From the NCBI GenBank assembly GCA_002269645.1, contig NIVC01002915.1, positions 1-64,000 on the forward strand: 64,000 nucleotides of DNA, written 5' to 3'. The DNA comes from Macrostomum lignano (Eukaryota). The notes below the pieces were generated by a model, which made no database searches, was not told the origin of the DNA, and saw only the letters and a list, made by a program, of their open reading frames with translations. Shown here in pieces: positions 1 to 13,230 of the stretch. Position 1 is the stretch's first letter. The number at the start of each line of letters is the position of its first letter. The position numbers and the translations under genes were made by a program.

Positions 1-540
1 GTAAAAAATCATAGAAGCGTCATGTAAAAATCATAGAAACGTCATGTGAAAATCATAGAAGCGTCATGTAAAAATCATAGAAGCGTCATGTAAACAATCA
101 TAGAAGCGTCCTGCAGAAATCGTAGAAGCGTCATGAAATAATCATAGAAGCGTCATGTAAAAAGCATAGAAGCGTCATGTAAGCAATCATAGAAGCGTCA
201 TGAAACAATCATAGAAGCGTCATATAAACAATCATAGAGCTCATATAAAAATCATAGAAGCGTCATGTAAAAATCATAGAAGCGTCATATAAAAAATCAT
301 AGAAGCGTCATGTAAAACAATCATAGAAGCGTCATGTAAAAATCATTGAAGCGTCCTGCAGAAATCGTAAAGCGTCATGAAATAATCATAGAAGCGTCAT
401 GTAAAAAATCATAGAAGCGTCATGTAAAAATCATAGAAGCGTCATGAAAAAATCATAGGAGCCTCATTTAAAAACTAATGAAAGTGTCATTTAAAAAATC
501 AAGAAGCATCATGGTAGAATAAAAGAAGCGTCATGTCAGA
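1..540. repeat. 21-22 bp satellite (AATCATAGAAGCGTCATGTAAA) inside H0
   Basis: Tandem unit read directly; same unit as 10597-11900. Confidence 0.95.
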
Positions 541-1359
541 CATGAAGGGTGTCATGTAAAATTAAAATGCAGCTATATGCTGTGCTGGGGAGAAAAACTG
601 AGACGTAAAAGGCTCTCAGAGAATAACTGAGATTACGGGGGGGGCTTCTGAGATGTCAAAGCAAAAGTCAGAAGCTACTTCAAAGTTCATGTACTTTACT
701 CAATTTTTTATTGCATTATTTGTTGGCTCGCCACGGGGGGCGCTGATAGAAGAAGAGTCATGTAAAAAATAAAAGTAGCACTATGTATACATAAAATAAA
801 AGTCATGTCAAAGTTAAAGATTTATTTGGGATTGCAACGATGTCAAAGCTTGGTGGAAATGGTTATAGTGTTTGTGATTCTTAAAGAAGGAATCACTAAA
901 ATGTCAAGGCTTAGGGGAGAAGAATTGCTGAGATTTCAAGGCTTTAGGTTGGGTTAAAGTTAGGTTTAGGTCAGGTGTGGGTTGAGGGTTATATTTTATC
1001 GTTTTCAAGGTTAACAGCGGGATTTTTTAGATTTCAAGGTTTTTGGGGGCCATCGCTGACATGTCAAGGCTTACGGGGGGAAATAGCTGAGATGTCAAGG
1101 CTCACGGGGTATAAATGAGATTTCGAGCTAAAGTCAGAAGCTACATGTAGTTTATTGAAAACTTTTTATTACATTATTTGATGCCTCCTCAGGGAGGGAT
1201 CGCTGATAAAAAAGCGTAATTAAAAATAAAAGAAGCTTCATGTCGAAGTTAAGAGATTCATTTGGGAATCCCTACGATGTCGAGGCTTGCAGGGAATCGC
1301 TATAATGCTGTAGTAGTGCTATAATGACTCTTAGAGAGAATTACTGAAATTTCGATGCT

Positions 1360-1433
1360 TTAGGGTTTGGTTAGGGTTAGGGTTAGGGTTAGGGTTAGGG
1401 TTAGGGTTAGGGTTAGGCTAGCGTTAGGGTTAG
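1360..1433 (+). repeat. Interstitial telomeric (TTAGGG)n tract
   Basis: About 11-12 TTAGGG or variant units. Confidence 0.95.
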
Positions 1434-2244
1434 AAGGTTGACAGATATTTTTATATTTCCAAGGCTTATTGGGGGCATTGCTGAGATGTCAAGGGGGGAA
1501 GTTGATAAGTTAAAGCTTGTGGGGGGATTACTGACATGTCAAGGCTTACAAGGTTTGACAGGAGATTTTTTAAGATTTCAAGGATACATGTAGCTGATTA
1601 AAAAAACGTGCATTGCATTTCTTTGGCTCCCCAACGGGGGGCGTAGATTGCTAGTCCTATATACTAAAAATGAGTTGTCTGTATGTGGGTAGGTATGCGA
1701 TAGATTTCGGAAAAATGGCTCAACCGATTTTCTTCAAACTTGCACCATTCGATCAGAAAATTTCCTGGGACGGTACATGCATCTTGGCTAAGAAATTGCT
1801 CAATTTTAAAGGGATTAAATATTCTAAAAACATGCTTTTTTGCAAAGGTCAAGCAAAAATTTTCGACTTGAAATGCATTGTAAGAATGCTAGAGAAAAAA
1901 CTGACTGGATGAATTTCAATTGTGATAAAGATTGCATCACAACAAGGTGAAAACAGTGCCACAGAAACGCACACAAGACTTGATTAAAATTGCGTAACAA
2001 TATTGCTAACTTAAATTAAGACTGATACTGGCTGACTGAGAAATTCATTATGTCATAAAATTTTACTCTAACCGACTTGCTGTAAGAATTGAATTATAAG
2101 GGCCACAATTCATGTGCTCCAATTGAAAAAAGATAGCCTAGATGCGAAAAGACTGGACTGCTAATGTAGCGACCTGGTTCGAATCTTGGTAGCGCAAAAT
2201 GATTTTTTTATTAAAACACCTTAAAAACAAAAAACTGCTAAAAC

Positions 2245-5200
2245 ATAAAAGAAGCGCAATGTCAAACATACAAGAGCCACCATGTCAAACATAAAAGAGC
2301 CACCATTTCGAACAAAAAAAGAGTTACCATTAAGAACATTAAAGAGCCACCATGTCGAACATTAAAGAGCCACCATGTCGAAACATTAAAGAGCCACCAT
2401 GTCAAACATAAAACAGACACCATTAAGAACATTAAGAGCCACCATGTCGAACATTAAAAAAACCACCATGTCAAACATTAAAGAGCCACCATTTCAAACC
2501 TAAAAGAGCCACCATGTCGAACATTAAAGAGCCACCTTATCAAACATTTAAGAGCCACCATGTCGAACATAAAAGATCTACCATGTAGAACATAAAAGAG
2601 TCACCATGTCAAACATTAAAGAGCCACCATGTAAAACATTAAAGAGCCACCATGTCAAACATAAAGAGCCACCATTTCAAACAAAAAAGAGTTACCATTA
2701 AGAACATTAAAGAGCCACCATGTCGAACATTAAAAAGCCACCATGTCAAACATAAAACAGACACTATTAAGAACATTAAAGAGCCACCATGTCGAAACAT
2801 TAAAGAGCCACCATGCCAAACATAAAAGAGCCACCATATCAAACATTAAAGAGCCACAATGTCAAACATAAAACAGACACCATTAAGAACATTAAAGAGC
2901 CACCATGTCGAAACATTAAAGAGCCACCATGCCAAACATAAAAGAGCCACCATATCAAACATTAAAGAGCCACAATGTCAAAAATTAAAGAGCCACAATG
3001 TCAAACACAAAAGAGCCACCATTTCAAACCTTAAAGAGCCACCATGTCGAACATTAAAGAGCCACCATGTCGAACATAAAAGAGCCACCATATCAAACAT
3101 AATAGAACTACCATGTCAAACATTAAAGAGCCACCATGTCGAACATTAAAGAGCCACCATGTCAAACATAAAACAGACACCATGTCGAACATTAAAGAGC
3201 CACCATGTCAAACATAAAAGAACCACCATATCAAACATTAAAGAGCCACAATGTCAAAAATTAAAGAGCCACCATGTCGAAGATTAAAGTGCTACCATGT
3301 CAAACATAGAAAGCCACCATGTCAAACATTAAAGAGCCACAATGTCAAACACAAAAGAGCCACCATTTCAAACCTTAAAAAGCCACCATGTCGAACATTA
3401 AAGAGCCACCATGTCGAACATAAAAGAGCCACCATGTCGAACATAAAAGAGCCACCATATCAAACATAAAAGAACTACCATGTCAAACATTAAAGAGCCA
3501 CCATGTCGAACATTAAAGAGCCAACATGTCAAACATAAAACAGACACAAATAAAAACATTAAAGAGCCACCATGTCGAACATTAAAGAGCCACCATGTCA
3601 AACATTAAAGAGCCACCATGTCAAACATAAAACAGAGCCACCATTTCGAAAAGTAAAGAGCCACCATGTCAAACATTAAAGAGCCACCATGTCGAACATA
3701 AAAGGGCCACCATGTCAAATATTAAAGAGCCACCATGTCAAACATTAAAGAGCCACCATGCCAAACATTAAAGAGCCACCATGCCAAACAAAAAAGAGCC
3801 ACCATGTCGAACATAAAAGAGCCACCATGTCAACCATAAAAGAACCACCACGTCAAGCATATACATTACTCCATGTCAAACATAAAAGAGCCACCATGTC
3901 AAACATTAAAGAGCCACCATGCCAAACATTAAAGAGCCACCATGTCAAACATTAAAGAGCCAGCATGTCAAACATAAAAGAGCCACCATGTCGAACATTA
4001 TTGAGCCACCATGTCAGACATTAAAGAGCCACCATGCCAAACATAAAAGAGCCACCATATCAAACATAAAAGAACTACCATGTCAAACATTAAAGAGCCA
4101 CCATGTCGAACATTATTGAGCCACCATGTCGAACATCAAAGAGCCACCATGCCAAACATAAAAGAGCCGCCATGTAAAACATAAAAAAGCCACCATGTCA
4201 ACCATAAAAGAACCACCACGTCAAGCATATACATTACTCCATGTCAAACATTAAAGATCCACCATGTCAAACATAAAAGAGCCACCATGTTAAACATAAA
4301 AGAGCCACCATGTCAAACATTAGAGCCACCATGTTGAACATTAAAGAGCCACCATGTCAAACATAAAAGAGCCACCATGTCGAACATTAAAGAGCCACCA
4401 TATCAAACATAGAAGAGCCACCATGTCAAGCATATATGACTCCATGTCCAACATTAAAGAGCCACCATGTGGAACATTAAGGAGCCACCATGTCAAAAAT
4501 TAAAGAGCCCCCCATATCGAACATAGAAGAGCCACCATGTGGAACATTAAAGAGCCACCATGTCAAACATTAAAGAGCCTACATATCAAACATTAAAAAG
4601 TTACCATGTCAAACATTAAAGTGCCACCATGTTGAACATTATTGAGCCACCATGTCAGACATTAAAGAGCCACCATGCCAAACATAAAAGAGCCACCATA
4701 TCAAACATAAAATAACTACCATGTCAAACATTAAAGAGCCACCATGTCGAACATTATTGAGCCACCATGTCGAACATCAAAGAGCCACCATGCCAAACAT
4801 AAAAGAGCCGCCATGTCAAACATAAAAAAGCCACCATGTCAACCATAAAAGAACCACCACGTCAAGCATATACATTACTCCATGTCAAACATTAAAGATC
4901 CACCATGCCAAACATAAAAGAGCCGCCATGTCAAACATAAAAAAGCCACCATGTCAACCATAAAAAAACCACCACGTCAAGCATATACATTACTCCATGT
5001 CAAACATTAAAGATCCACCATGCCAAACATTAAAGAGCCACCATGTCAAACATAAAAGAGCCACCATGTTAAACATAAAAGAGCCACCATGTCAAACATT
5101 AGAGCCACCATGTTGAACATAAAAGAGCCACTATGCCAAACATTAAAGAGCCACCATGTCAAACATTAAAGAGCCACCATGTCGAACATTAAAGAGCCAC

Positions 5201-8200
5201 CATGTCAAACATTAAAGAGCCACCATGTCAAACATAAAACAGAGCCACCATTTCGAAAAGTAAAGAGCCACCATGTCAAACATTAAAGAGCCACCATGTC
5301 GAACATAAAAGGGCCACCATGTCAAATATTAAAGAGCCACCATGTCAAACATTAAAGAGCCACCATGCCAAACATTAAAGAGCCACCATGCCAAACAAAA
5401 AAGAGCCACCATGTCGAACATAAAAGAGCCACCATGTCAACCATAAAAGAACCACCACGTCAAGCATATACATTACTCCATGTCAAACATAAAAGAGCCA
5501 CCATGTCAAACATTAAAGAGCCACCATGCCAAACATTAAAGAGCCACCATGTCAAACATTAAAGAGCCAGCATGTCAAACATAAAAGAGCCACCATGTCG
5601 AACATTATTGAGCCACCATGTCAGACATTAAAGAGCCACCATGCCAAACATAAAAGAGCCACCATATCAAACATAAAAGAACTACCATGTCAAACATTAA
5701 AGAGCCACCATGTCGAACATTATTGAGCCACCATGTCGAACATCAAAGAGCCACCATGCCAAACATAAAAGAGCCGCCATGTAAAACATAAAAAAGCCAC
5801 CATGTCAACCATAAAAGAACCACCACGTCAAGCATATACATTACTCCATGTCAAACATTAAAGATCCACCATGTCAAACATAAAAGAGCCACCATGTTAA
5901 ACATAAAAGAGCCACCATGTCAAACATTAGAGCCACCATGTTGAACATTAAAGAGCCACCATGTCAAACATAAAAGAGCCACCATGTCGAACATTAAAGA
6001 GCCACCATATCAAACATAGAAGAGCCACCATGTCAAGCATATATGACTCCATGTCCAACATTAAAGAGCCACCATGTGGAACATTAAGGAGCCACCATGT
6101 CAAAAATTAAAGAGCCCCCCATATCGAACATAGAAGAGCCACCATGTGGAACATTAAAGAGCCACCATGTCAAACATTAAAGAGCCTACATATCAAACAT
6201 TAAAAAGTTACCATGTCAAACATTAAAGTGCCACCATGTTGAACATTATTGAGCCACCATGTCAGACATTAAAGAGCCACCATGCCAAACATAAAAGAGC
6301 CACCATATCAAACATAAAATAACTACCATGTCAAACATTAAAGAGCCACCATGTCGAACATTATTGAGCCACCATGTCGAACATCAAAGAGCCACCATGC
6401 CAAACATAAAAGAGCCGCCATGTCAAACATAAAAAAGCCACCATGTCAACCATAAAAGAACCACCACGTCAAGCATATACATTACTCCATGTCAAACATT
6501 AAAGATCCACCATGCCAAACATAAAAGAGCCGCCATGTCAAACATAAAAAAGCCACCCTGTCAACCATAAAAAAACCACCACGTCAAGCATATACATTAC
6601 TCCATGTCAAACATTAAAGATCCACCATGCCAAACATTAAAGAGCCACCATGTCAAACATAAAAGAGCCACCATGTTAAACATAAAAGAGCCACCATGTC
6701 AAACATTAGAGCCACCATGTTGAACATAAAAGAGCCACTATGCCAAACATTAAAGAGCCACCATGTCAAACATTAAAGAGCCACCATGTCGAACATTAAA
6801 GAGCCACCATGTCAAACATTAAAGAGCCACCATGTCAAACATAAAACAGAGCCACCATTTCGAAAAGTAAAGAGCCACCATGTCAAACATTAAAGAGCCA
6901 CCATGTCGAACATAAAAGGGCCACCATGTCAAATATTAAAGAGCCACCATGTCAAACATTAAAGAGCCACCATGCCAAACATTAAAGAGCCACCATGCCA
7001 AACAAAAAAGAGCCACCATGTCGAACATAAAAGAGCCACCATGTCAACCATAAAAGAACCACCACGTCAAGCATATACATTACTCCATGTCAAACATAAA
7101 AGAGCCACCATGTCAAACATTAAAGAGCCACCATGCCAAACATTAAAGAGCCACCATGTCAAACATTAAAGAGCCAGCATGTCAAACATAAAAGAGCCAC
7201 CATGTCGAACATTATTGAGCCACCATGTCAGACATTAAAGAGCCACCATGCCAAACATAAAAGAGCCACCATATCAAACATAAAAGAACTACCATGTCAA
7301 ACATTAAAGAGCCACCATGTCGAACATTATTGAGCCACCATGTCGAACATCCAAGAGCCACCATGCCAAACATAAAAGAGCCGCCATGTAAAACATAAAA
7401 AAGCCACCATGTCAACCATAAAAGAACCACCACGTCAAGCATATACATTACTCCATGTCAAACATTAAAGATCCACCATGTCAAACATAAAAGAGCCACC
7501 ATGTTAAACATAAAAGAGCCACCATGTCAAACATTAGAGCCACCATGTTGAACATTAAAGAGCCACCATGTCAAACATAAAAGAGCCACCATGTCGAACA
7601 TTAAAGAGCCACCATATCAAACATAGAAGAGCCACCATGTCAAGCATATATGACTCCATGTCCAACATTAAAGAGCCACCATGTGGAACATTAAGGAGCC
7701 ACCATGTCAAAAATTAAAGAGCCCCCCATATCGAACATAGAAGAGCCACCATGTGGAACATTAAAGAGCCACCATGTCAAACATTAAAGAGCCTACATAT
7801 CAAACATTAAAAAGTTACCATGTCAAACATTAAAGTGCCACCATGTTGAACATTATTGAGCCACCATGTCAGACATTAAAGAGCCACCATGCCAAACATA
7901 AAAGAGCCACCATATCAAACATAAAATAACTACCATGTCAAACATTAAAGAGCCACCATGTCGAACATTATTGAGCCACCATGTCGAACATCAAAGAGCC
8001 ACCATGCCAAACATAAAAGAGCCGCCATGTCAAACATAAAAAAGCCACCATGTCAACCATAAAAGAACCACCACGTCAAGCATATACATTACTCCATGTC
8101 AAACATTAAAGATCCACCATGCCAAACATAAAAGAGCCGCCATGTCAAACATAAAAAAGCCACCATGTCAACCATAAAAAAACCACCACGTCAAGCATAT

Positions 8201-9420
8201 ACATTACTCCATGTCAAACATTAAAGATCCACCATGCCAAACATTAAAGAGCCACCATGTCAAACATAAAAGAGCCACCATGTTAAACATAAAAGAGCCA
8301 CCATGTCAAACATTAGAGCCACCATGTTGAACATAAAAGAGCCACTATGCCAAACATTAAAGAGCCACCATGTCAAACATTAAAGAGCCACCATGTCAAA
8401 CATAAAAGAGCCACCATGTCAAACATTAAAGAGCCACCATGTCAAATATTAGAGCCACCATGTTGAACATTAAAGAGCCACCATGTCAAACATAAAAGAG
8501 CCACCATGTCGAACATTAAAGAGCCACCATATCAAACATAGAAGAGCCACCATGTCAAGCATATATGACTCCATGTGCAACATTAAAGAGCCACCATGTG
8601 GAACATTAAGGAGCCACCATGTCAAAAATTAAAGAGCCCCCCATATCAAACATAGAAGAGCCACCATGTGGAACATTAAAGAGCCACCATGTCAAACATT
8701 AAAGAGCCTACATATCAAACATTAAAAAGTTACCATGTCAAACATAAAAGAGCCACCATGCCAAACATTAAAGAGCCACCATGTCAAACATAAAAAAGCC
8801 ACCATGTCAAACATTAAAGAGCCACCATGCCAAACATTAAGGAGCCACCATGTCAAATATTAAAGAGCCACCATGTCAAACATAAAAGAACCACCATGTA
8901 AAGCATATATGTGACTCCATGTCTAACATTAAAGAGCCACCATGTAGAACATTAAAGAGCCACCATGTCAAACATATAAGAGACTTTATTTCAAACATAA
9001 AAGAGCCACCATGTTGAACATTAAAGAGCTACCATGTCAAACATTAAAGAGCCACCATATCAAACATTAAAGTTCCATCGTGTCGAACATTAAAGAGCCA
9101 CCATATCGAACATATAAGAGACTTTATTTCAAACATAAAAGAGCCAACCATTTCGAACATGAAAGAACCACCATGTCGAACATAAAAGAGCCACCATTTC
9201 TAATATAAAAGAGCCACCATGTCGAACATAAAGGAGCCACTATGTCGAACATAAAAGAGCCACCATGTTGAAACTTAAAGAGCCAACCTGTAAAACATTT
9301 AAAAGATTCACCATGTCAAACATATAAGTGACTTCATTTCAAACATAAAAGAGCCACCATGTCAAACATAAAAGATACACAATTTCAAACGTAAAAGTGA
9401 GCGAATTTTAAAGGAGCCAC
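2245..9420. repeat. ~21 bp satellite (AAAGAGCCACCATGTCAAACAT), ~330 copies, with a 1607-bp higher-order repeat
   Basis: Unit read directly. Identical spurious ORFs recur at 3758/5365/6972 and 3919/5526/7133 (period 1607). Confidence 0.95.
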
Positions 9421-9464
9421 TATAATGCTAAGGAAATTGTCGCACTAGCTACTTATTGTCTGGT

Positions 9465-9825
9465 GGATGCTTGCTATTTGGGGATGCTATCTATCTGGGG
9501 GATGCTTGCTAGCTTGTATCTTGGGGATGCTTGCTATCTGGGGGATGCTTGCTATCTGGGGGATGCTTGCTATCTGGGGGATGCTTGCTATCTGGGGATG
9601 CTTGCTATTTGGGTGATGCTTGCTATCTGGGGGATGCTTGCTATCTGGGGATGCTTGCTATTTGGGTGATGCTTGCTATCTGGGGATGCTTGCTATCTGG
9701 GGATGCTTGCTATCCGGGGGATGCTTGCAATCTGGGGGATGCTTGCTATCTGGGGGATGCTTGCTATCTGGGTGATGCTTGCTATCTGGGGGATGCTTTC
9801 TCTCTGGGTGATGCTTGCTGTCTTG
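9465..9825. repeat. 18-19 bp minisatellite (GATGCTTGCTATCTGGGGG)
   Basis: About 19 tandem copies. Confidence 0.95.
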
Positions 9826-10596
9826 GGATGATTTCTTTTTGCATTGCACTTCATTTGAGTAGTTTGTCTGTTTTCTTTGTAAAAGCTTTTTTTGGCTATT
9901 TTCTTATTACATGTAGAGAACAGAGATTCTATACAGATGTCCCCCAACGGGGGGCGAAGATTGCTAGTCCTATATACTAAAAATGGTCTGTCTGTGTCTA
10001 TCTATCTATCTATCTATCTATGTGATCGATTAGAGAAAAAATGGCTGGACCGATTTTGTTCGAACTTGCACTGTTCGATCAGAAATTTTCCCGTGACGGT
10101 ACATGCATCGTGGCTAAGAAATTGCTCGATGCTAAAGGCATTAAATATTCGAAAAACATGCTTTTTTGCAAAGGTCAAGCAAACTTTTCGACTTGAAATG
10201 CATTGTAAGAATGCTAGAGAAAAAACTGACTGGTTGAATTCTGATTCTGAAATAGATTGCATCATAACTGAATTGTAACTCCGACTTGAATTGGAAATGC
10301 AGTGTGAAAGCGTAGCACCAGACTTGATTTAAATTGCGTAACCATATTGTTAACTGATACCGACTGACTGAAAAACTGATTATGTCATAACTGCTTCGTG
10401 TGATTTACTCTATGCTTGGATTTAAAAGTGTTAAATTATATAAGTGCAAAAGTTGATGTTATCAAAACGATGAGAGCTAGCCTAGAGGTGAACAAACTGA
10501 ACTGCTAAATGCAGCGACGATGGTTTGAATTTTCATAGAGTATAATTTTTTAATTAAATCTTTTCAACGTCAGGAAAACTAAAAGACTTTTTAAAA

Positions 10597-11900
10597 AGAA
10601 GCGTCATGTAAACAATCATAGAAGTGTCATGTAAAAAATCATAGAAGCGTCATATAAAAATCATAGAAGCGTCATTTAAAAAATCATAGAAGCGTCATGT
10701 AAACAATCATAGAAGCGTCATGTAAAAATCATAGAAGCGCCATGTAAAAAATCATAGAAGCGTCATGTAAACAATCATAGAAGCGTCATGTAAACAATCA
10801 TAGAAGCGTAATTTAAAAAATCATAGAAGCGTCATGTAAACAATCATAGAAGCGCCATGTAAACAATCATAGAAGCGTCATTTAAAAAATCATAGAAGCG
10901 TCATGTAAACAATCATAGAAGCGTCATGTAAAAAATCATAGAAGCGTCATGTAAACAATCATAGAAGCGTCATGTAAACAATCATAGAAGCGTCATGTAA
11001 ACAATCATAGAAGCGTCATGTAAACAATCATAGAAGCGTCATTTAAAAAATCATAGAAGCGTCATGAAAAAATCATAGAAGCGTCATGTAAACAATCATA
11101 GAAGCGTCATGTAAAAATCATAGAAGCGCCATGTAAAAAATCATAGAAGCGTCATTTAAAAAATCATAGAAGCGTCATGTAAACAATCATAGAAGCGCCA
11201 TGTAAACAATCATAGAAGCGTCATTTAAAAAATCATAGAAACGTCATGTAAACAATCATAGAAGCGTCATGTAAAAAATCATAGAAGCGTCATGTAAAAA
11301 ATCATAGAAGCGTCATGTAAACAATCATAGAAGCGTCATGTAAACAATCATAGAAGCGTCATGTAAACAATCATAGAAGCGTCATGTAAACAATCATAGA
11401 AGCGTAATTTAAAAAATCATAGAAGCGTCATGTAAACAATCATAGAAGCGCCATGTAAACAATCATAGAAGCGTCATTTAAAAAATCATAGAAGCGTCAT
11501 GTAAACAATCATAGAAGCGTCATGTAAAAAATCATAGAAGCGTCATGTAAAAAATCATAGAAGCGTCATGTAAACAATCATAGAAGCGTCATGTAAACAA
11601 TCATAGAACCGTCATGTAAACAATCATAGAAGCGTCATTTAAAAAATCATAGAAGCGTCATGAAAAAATCATAGAAGCGTCATGTAAACAATCATAGAAG
11701 CGTCATGTGAAAAATCATCGAAGCGTCATCTTAAAAATCGTAGAAGCGTCATGTAAAAAATCATAGAAGCGTCATGTAAAAATCATAGAAGCGTCATGAA
11801 AAAATCATAGAAGCCTCATTTAAAAAGTAATGAAAGTGTCATTTAAAATATTACGAAGCATCATGGTAGAATAAAAGAAGCGTCATGTCAGACATGAAGG
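10597..11900. repeat. 21-22 bp satellite (AATCATAGAAGCGTCATGTAAAC) inside H2
   Basis: About 58 tandem copies. Confidence 0.95.
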
Positions 11901-12257
11901 GTGTCATGTAAAAATTAAATGAAGCTATAATGCTGTGCTGGGGAGAATTACTGAGATGTCAAGGCTCTCAGAGAATAACTTAGATTACGGGGGGGGGGGT
12001 TTCTGAGATGTCAAAGCAATAGTCAGAGGCTATTTCAAAGTTCATGTACTTTACTCAATTTTTTATTGCATTCTTTGTTGGCTCGCCACGGGGGGGCGCT
12101 GATAAAAAAGCGTAATGTAAAAAATAAAAGAAGCTTCATGTCGAAGTTAAGAGATTCATTTGGGAATCCCTACGATGTCGAGGCTTGCAGGGAATCGCTA
12201 TAATGCTGTAGTAGTGCTATAATGACTCTCAGAGAGAATTACTGAAATTTCAATGCT

Positions 12258-12317
12258 TTAGGGTTAGGTTAGGGTTAGGGTTAGGCTAGGGTTAGGGTTA
12301 GGCTAGGGTTAGGGTTA
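12258..12317 (+). repeat. Interstitial telomeric (TTAGGG/TTAGGC)n tract
   Basis: About 10 units, at the same relative position as in H0. Confidence 0.95.
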
Positions 12318-12539
12318 GAAGGTTGACAGATATTTTTAGATTTCCAAGGCTTATTGGGGGCATTGCTGAGATGTCAATGGGGGAAGTTGATATGTTAAAG
12401 CTTGTGGGGGGAGTTATTGACATGTCAAGGCTTACAAGGTTTGACAGGAGATTTTTTAAGATTTCAAGGAAATATGTAGCTTATTAAAAAACGTGTATTG
12501 CATTTCTTTGGCTCCCCAACGGGGGGCGTAGATTGCTAG

Positions 12540-12945
12540 TCTAATCTTCTAATCTTCTAATCTTCTAATATATCTAAAGTAGCAACCCCCCCTCCACCGA
12601 CCCTGTCTGTCTGTGGGTATGTAACAGGTTATCTCCCAAAAGGCTCAACCGATTTTCTCCGTTTCTTCGCCAAAAGATGTCAAATGTGCCCGGGACGGTA
12701 CATGTAATTTTATTTAGCTCTAGCTCAATGCTAAGGGGATTAAATATTCGAAAAACTGTTTTAAATGGCCTTTTTAGTGTATTTTTTTATCAGCCTGCGC
12801 GCAGCGAGAAACTTCACAGCCAATTTTAATGATTGCGCCAGAGCCAACTGATAAGAAAATTCACTTTGCCCCACTGCCCAGATAATTACTCTATTTAACT
12901 TGCGTAACCAATTAAGGGGGGGGTATAATAAAAATTCTGGATGCT
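12540..12945 (+). mobile_element. 3'-truncated mini-Helitron-like element H3
   Basis: Stuttered TCTAATCT start. Body similar to the 350-bp units at 18967-20014. Breaks off at CTGGATGCT, the first arm of the terminal hairpin. Confidence 0.55.
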
Positions 12946-12976
12946 TCCAATATACTAAAAATCAAAACTATCTTCT

Positions 12977-13230
12977 ATCTAAATATACTAAATCTCTAAG
13001 GTTTGTATGTTTGAATGTCCATCTAAATATACTAAATCTCTAAGGTTTGTATGTTTGAATGTCCATCTAAATATACTAAATCTCTAAGGTTTGTATGTTT
13101 GAATGTCCATCTAAATATACTAAATCTCTAAGGTTTGTATGTTTGAATGTCCATCTAAATATACTAAATCTCTAAGGTTTGTATGTTTGAATGAATGTCC
13201 ATAATCTAAATATACTAAATCTCTAATATT
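12977..13230 (+). repeat. Tandem 44-bp copies of a Helitron-like 5' terminus (ATCTAAATATACTAAATCTCTAAGGTTTGTATGTTTGAATGTCC)
   Basis: Units at 12977, 13021, 13065, 13109, 13153 and a sixth near 13204. Matches the 5' ends at 19312 and 19662. Confidence 0.85.

Larger units (their letters stand above)
1..1654 (+). mobile_element. Non-autonomous Helitron-like element H0 (3' part; 5' end outside the window)
   Basis: Ends with a CCCC-AAC-GGGG hairpin about 10 nt before CTAG (1651-1654), followed by T. The 3' portion is nearly identical to the end of H2 (~12100-12539). Confidence 0.75.
1655..9967 (+). mobile_element. Non-autonomous Helitron-like element H1 (8.3 kb, satellite-laden)
   Basis: Starts TCCTATATACTAAAAATG directly after the CTAG of H0. 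Ends with a CCCCC-AAC-GGGGG hairpin plus CTAG at 9964-9967. No Rep/helicase ORF. Confidence 0.75.
9968..12539 (+). mobile_element. Non-autonomous Helitron-like element H2
   Basis: Starts TCCTATATACTAAAAATG followed by a (TCTA)n tract. Ends with a CCCCAACGGGG hairpin plus CTAG at 12536-12539. Shares its 5' core with H1 and its 3' end with H0. Confidence 0.75.

Noticed and set aside
1360-1433. True telomere or chromosome fusion point
   Set aside because: Short, single-orientation tract duplicated inside a repeated element.
2245-9420. CRISPR-like repeat/spacer appearance
   Set aside because: No unique spacers, no cas genes, eukaryotic context.
2639-9980. Short ORFs in the 21-bp and 19-bp satellites
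   Set aside because: Translation of tandem repeats; no coding signature.
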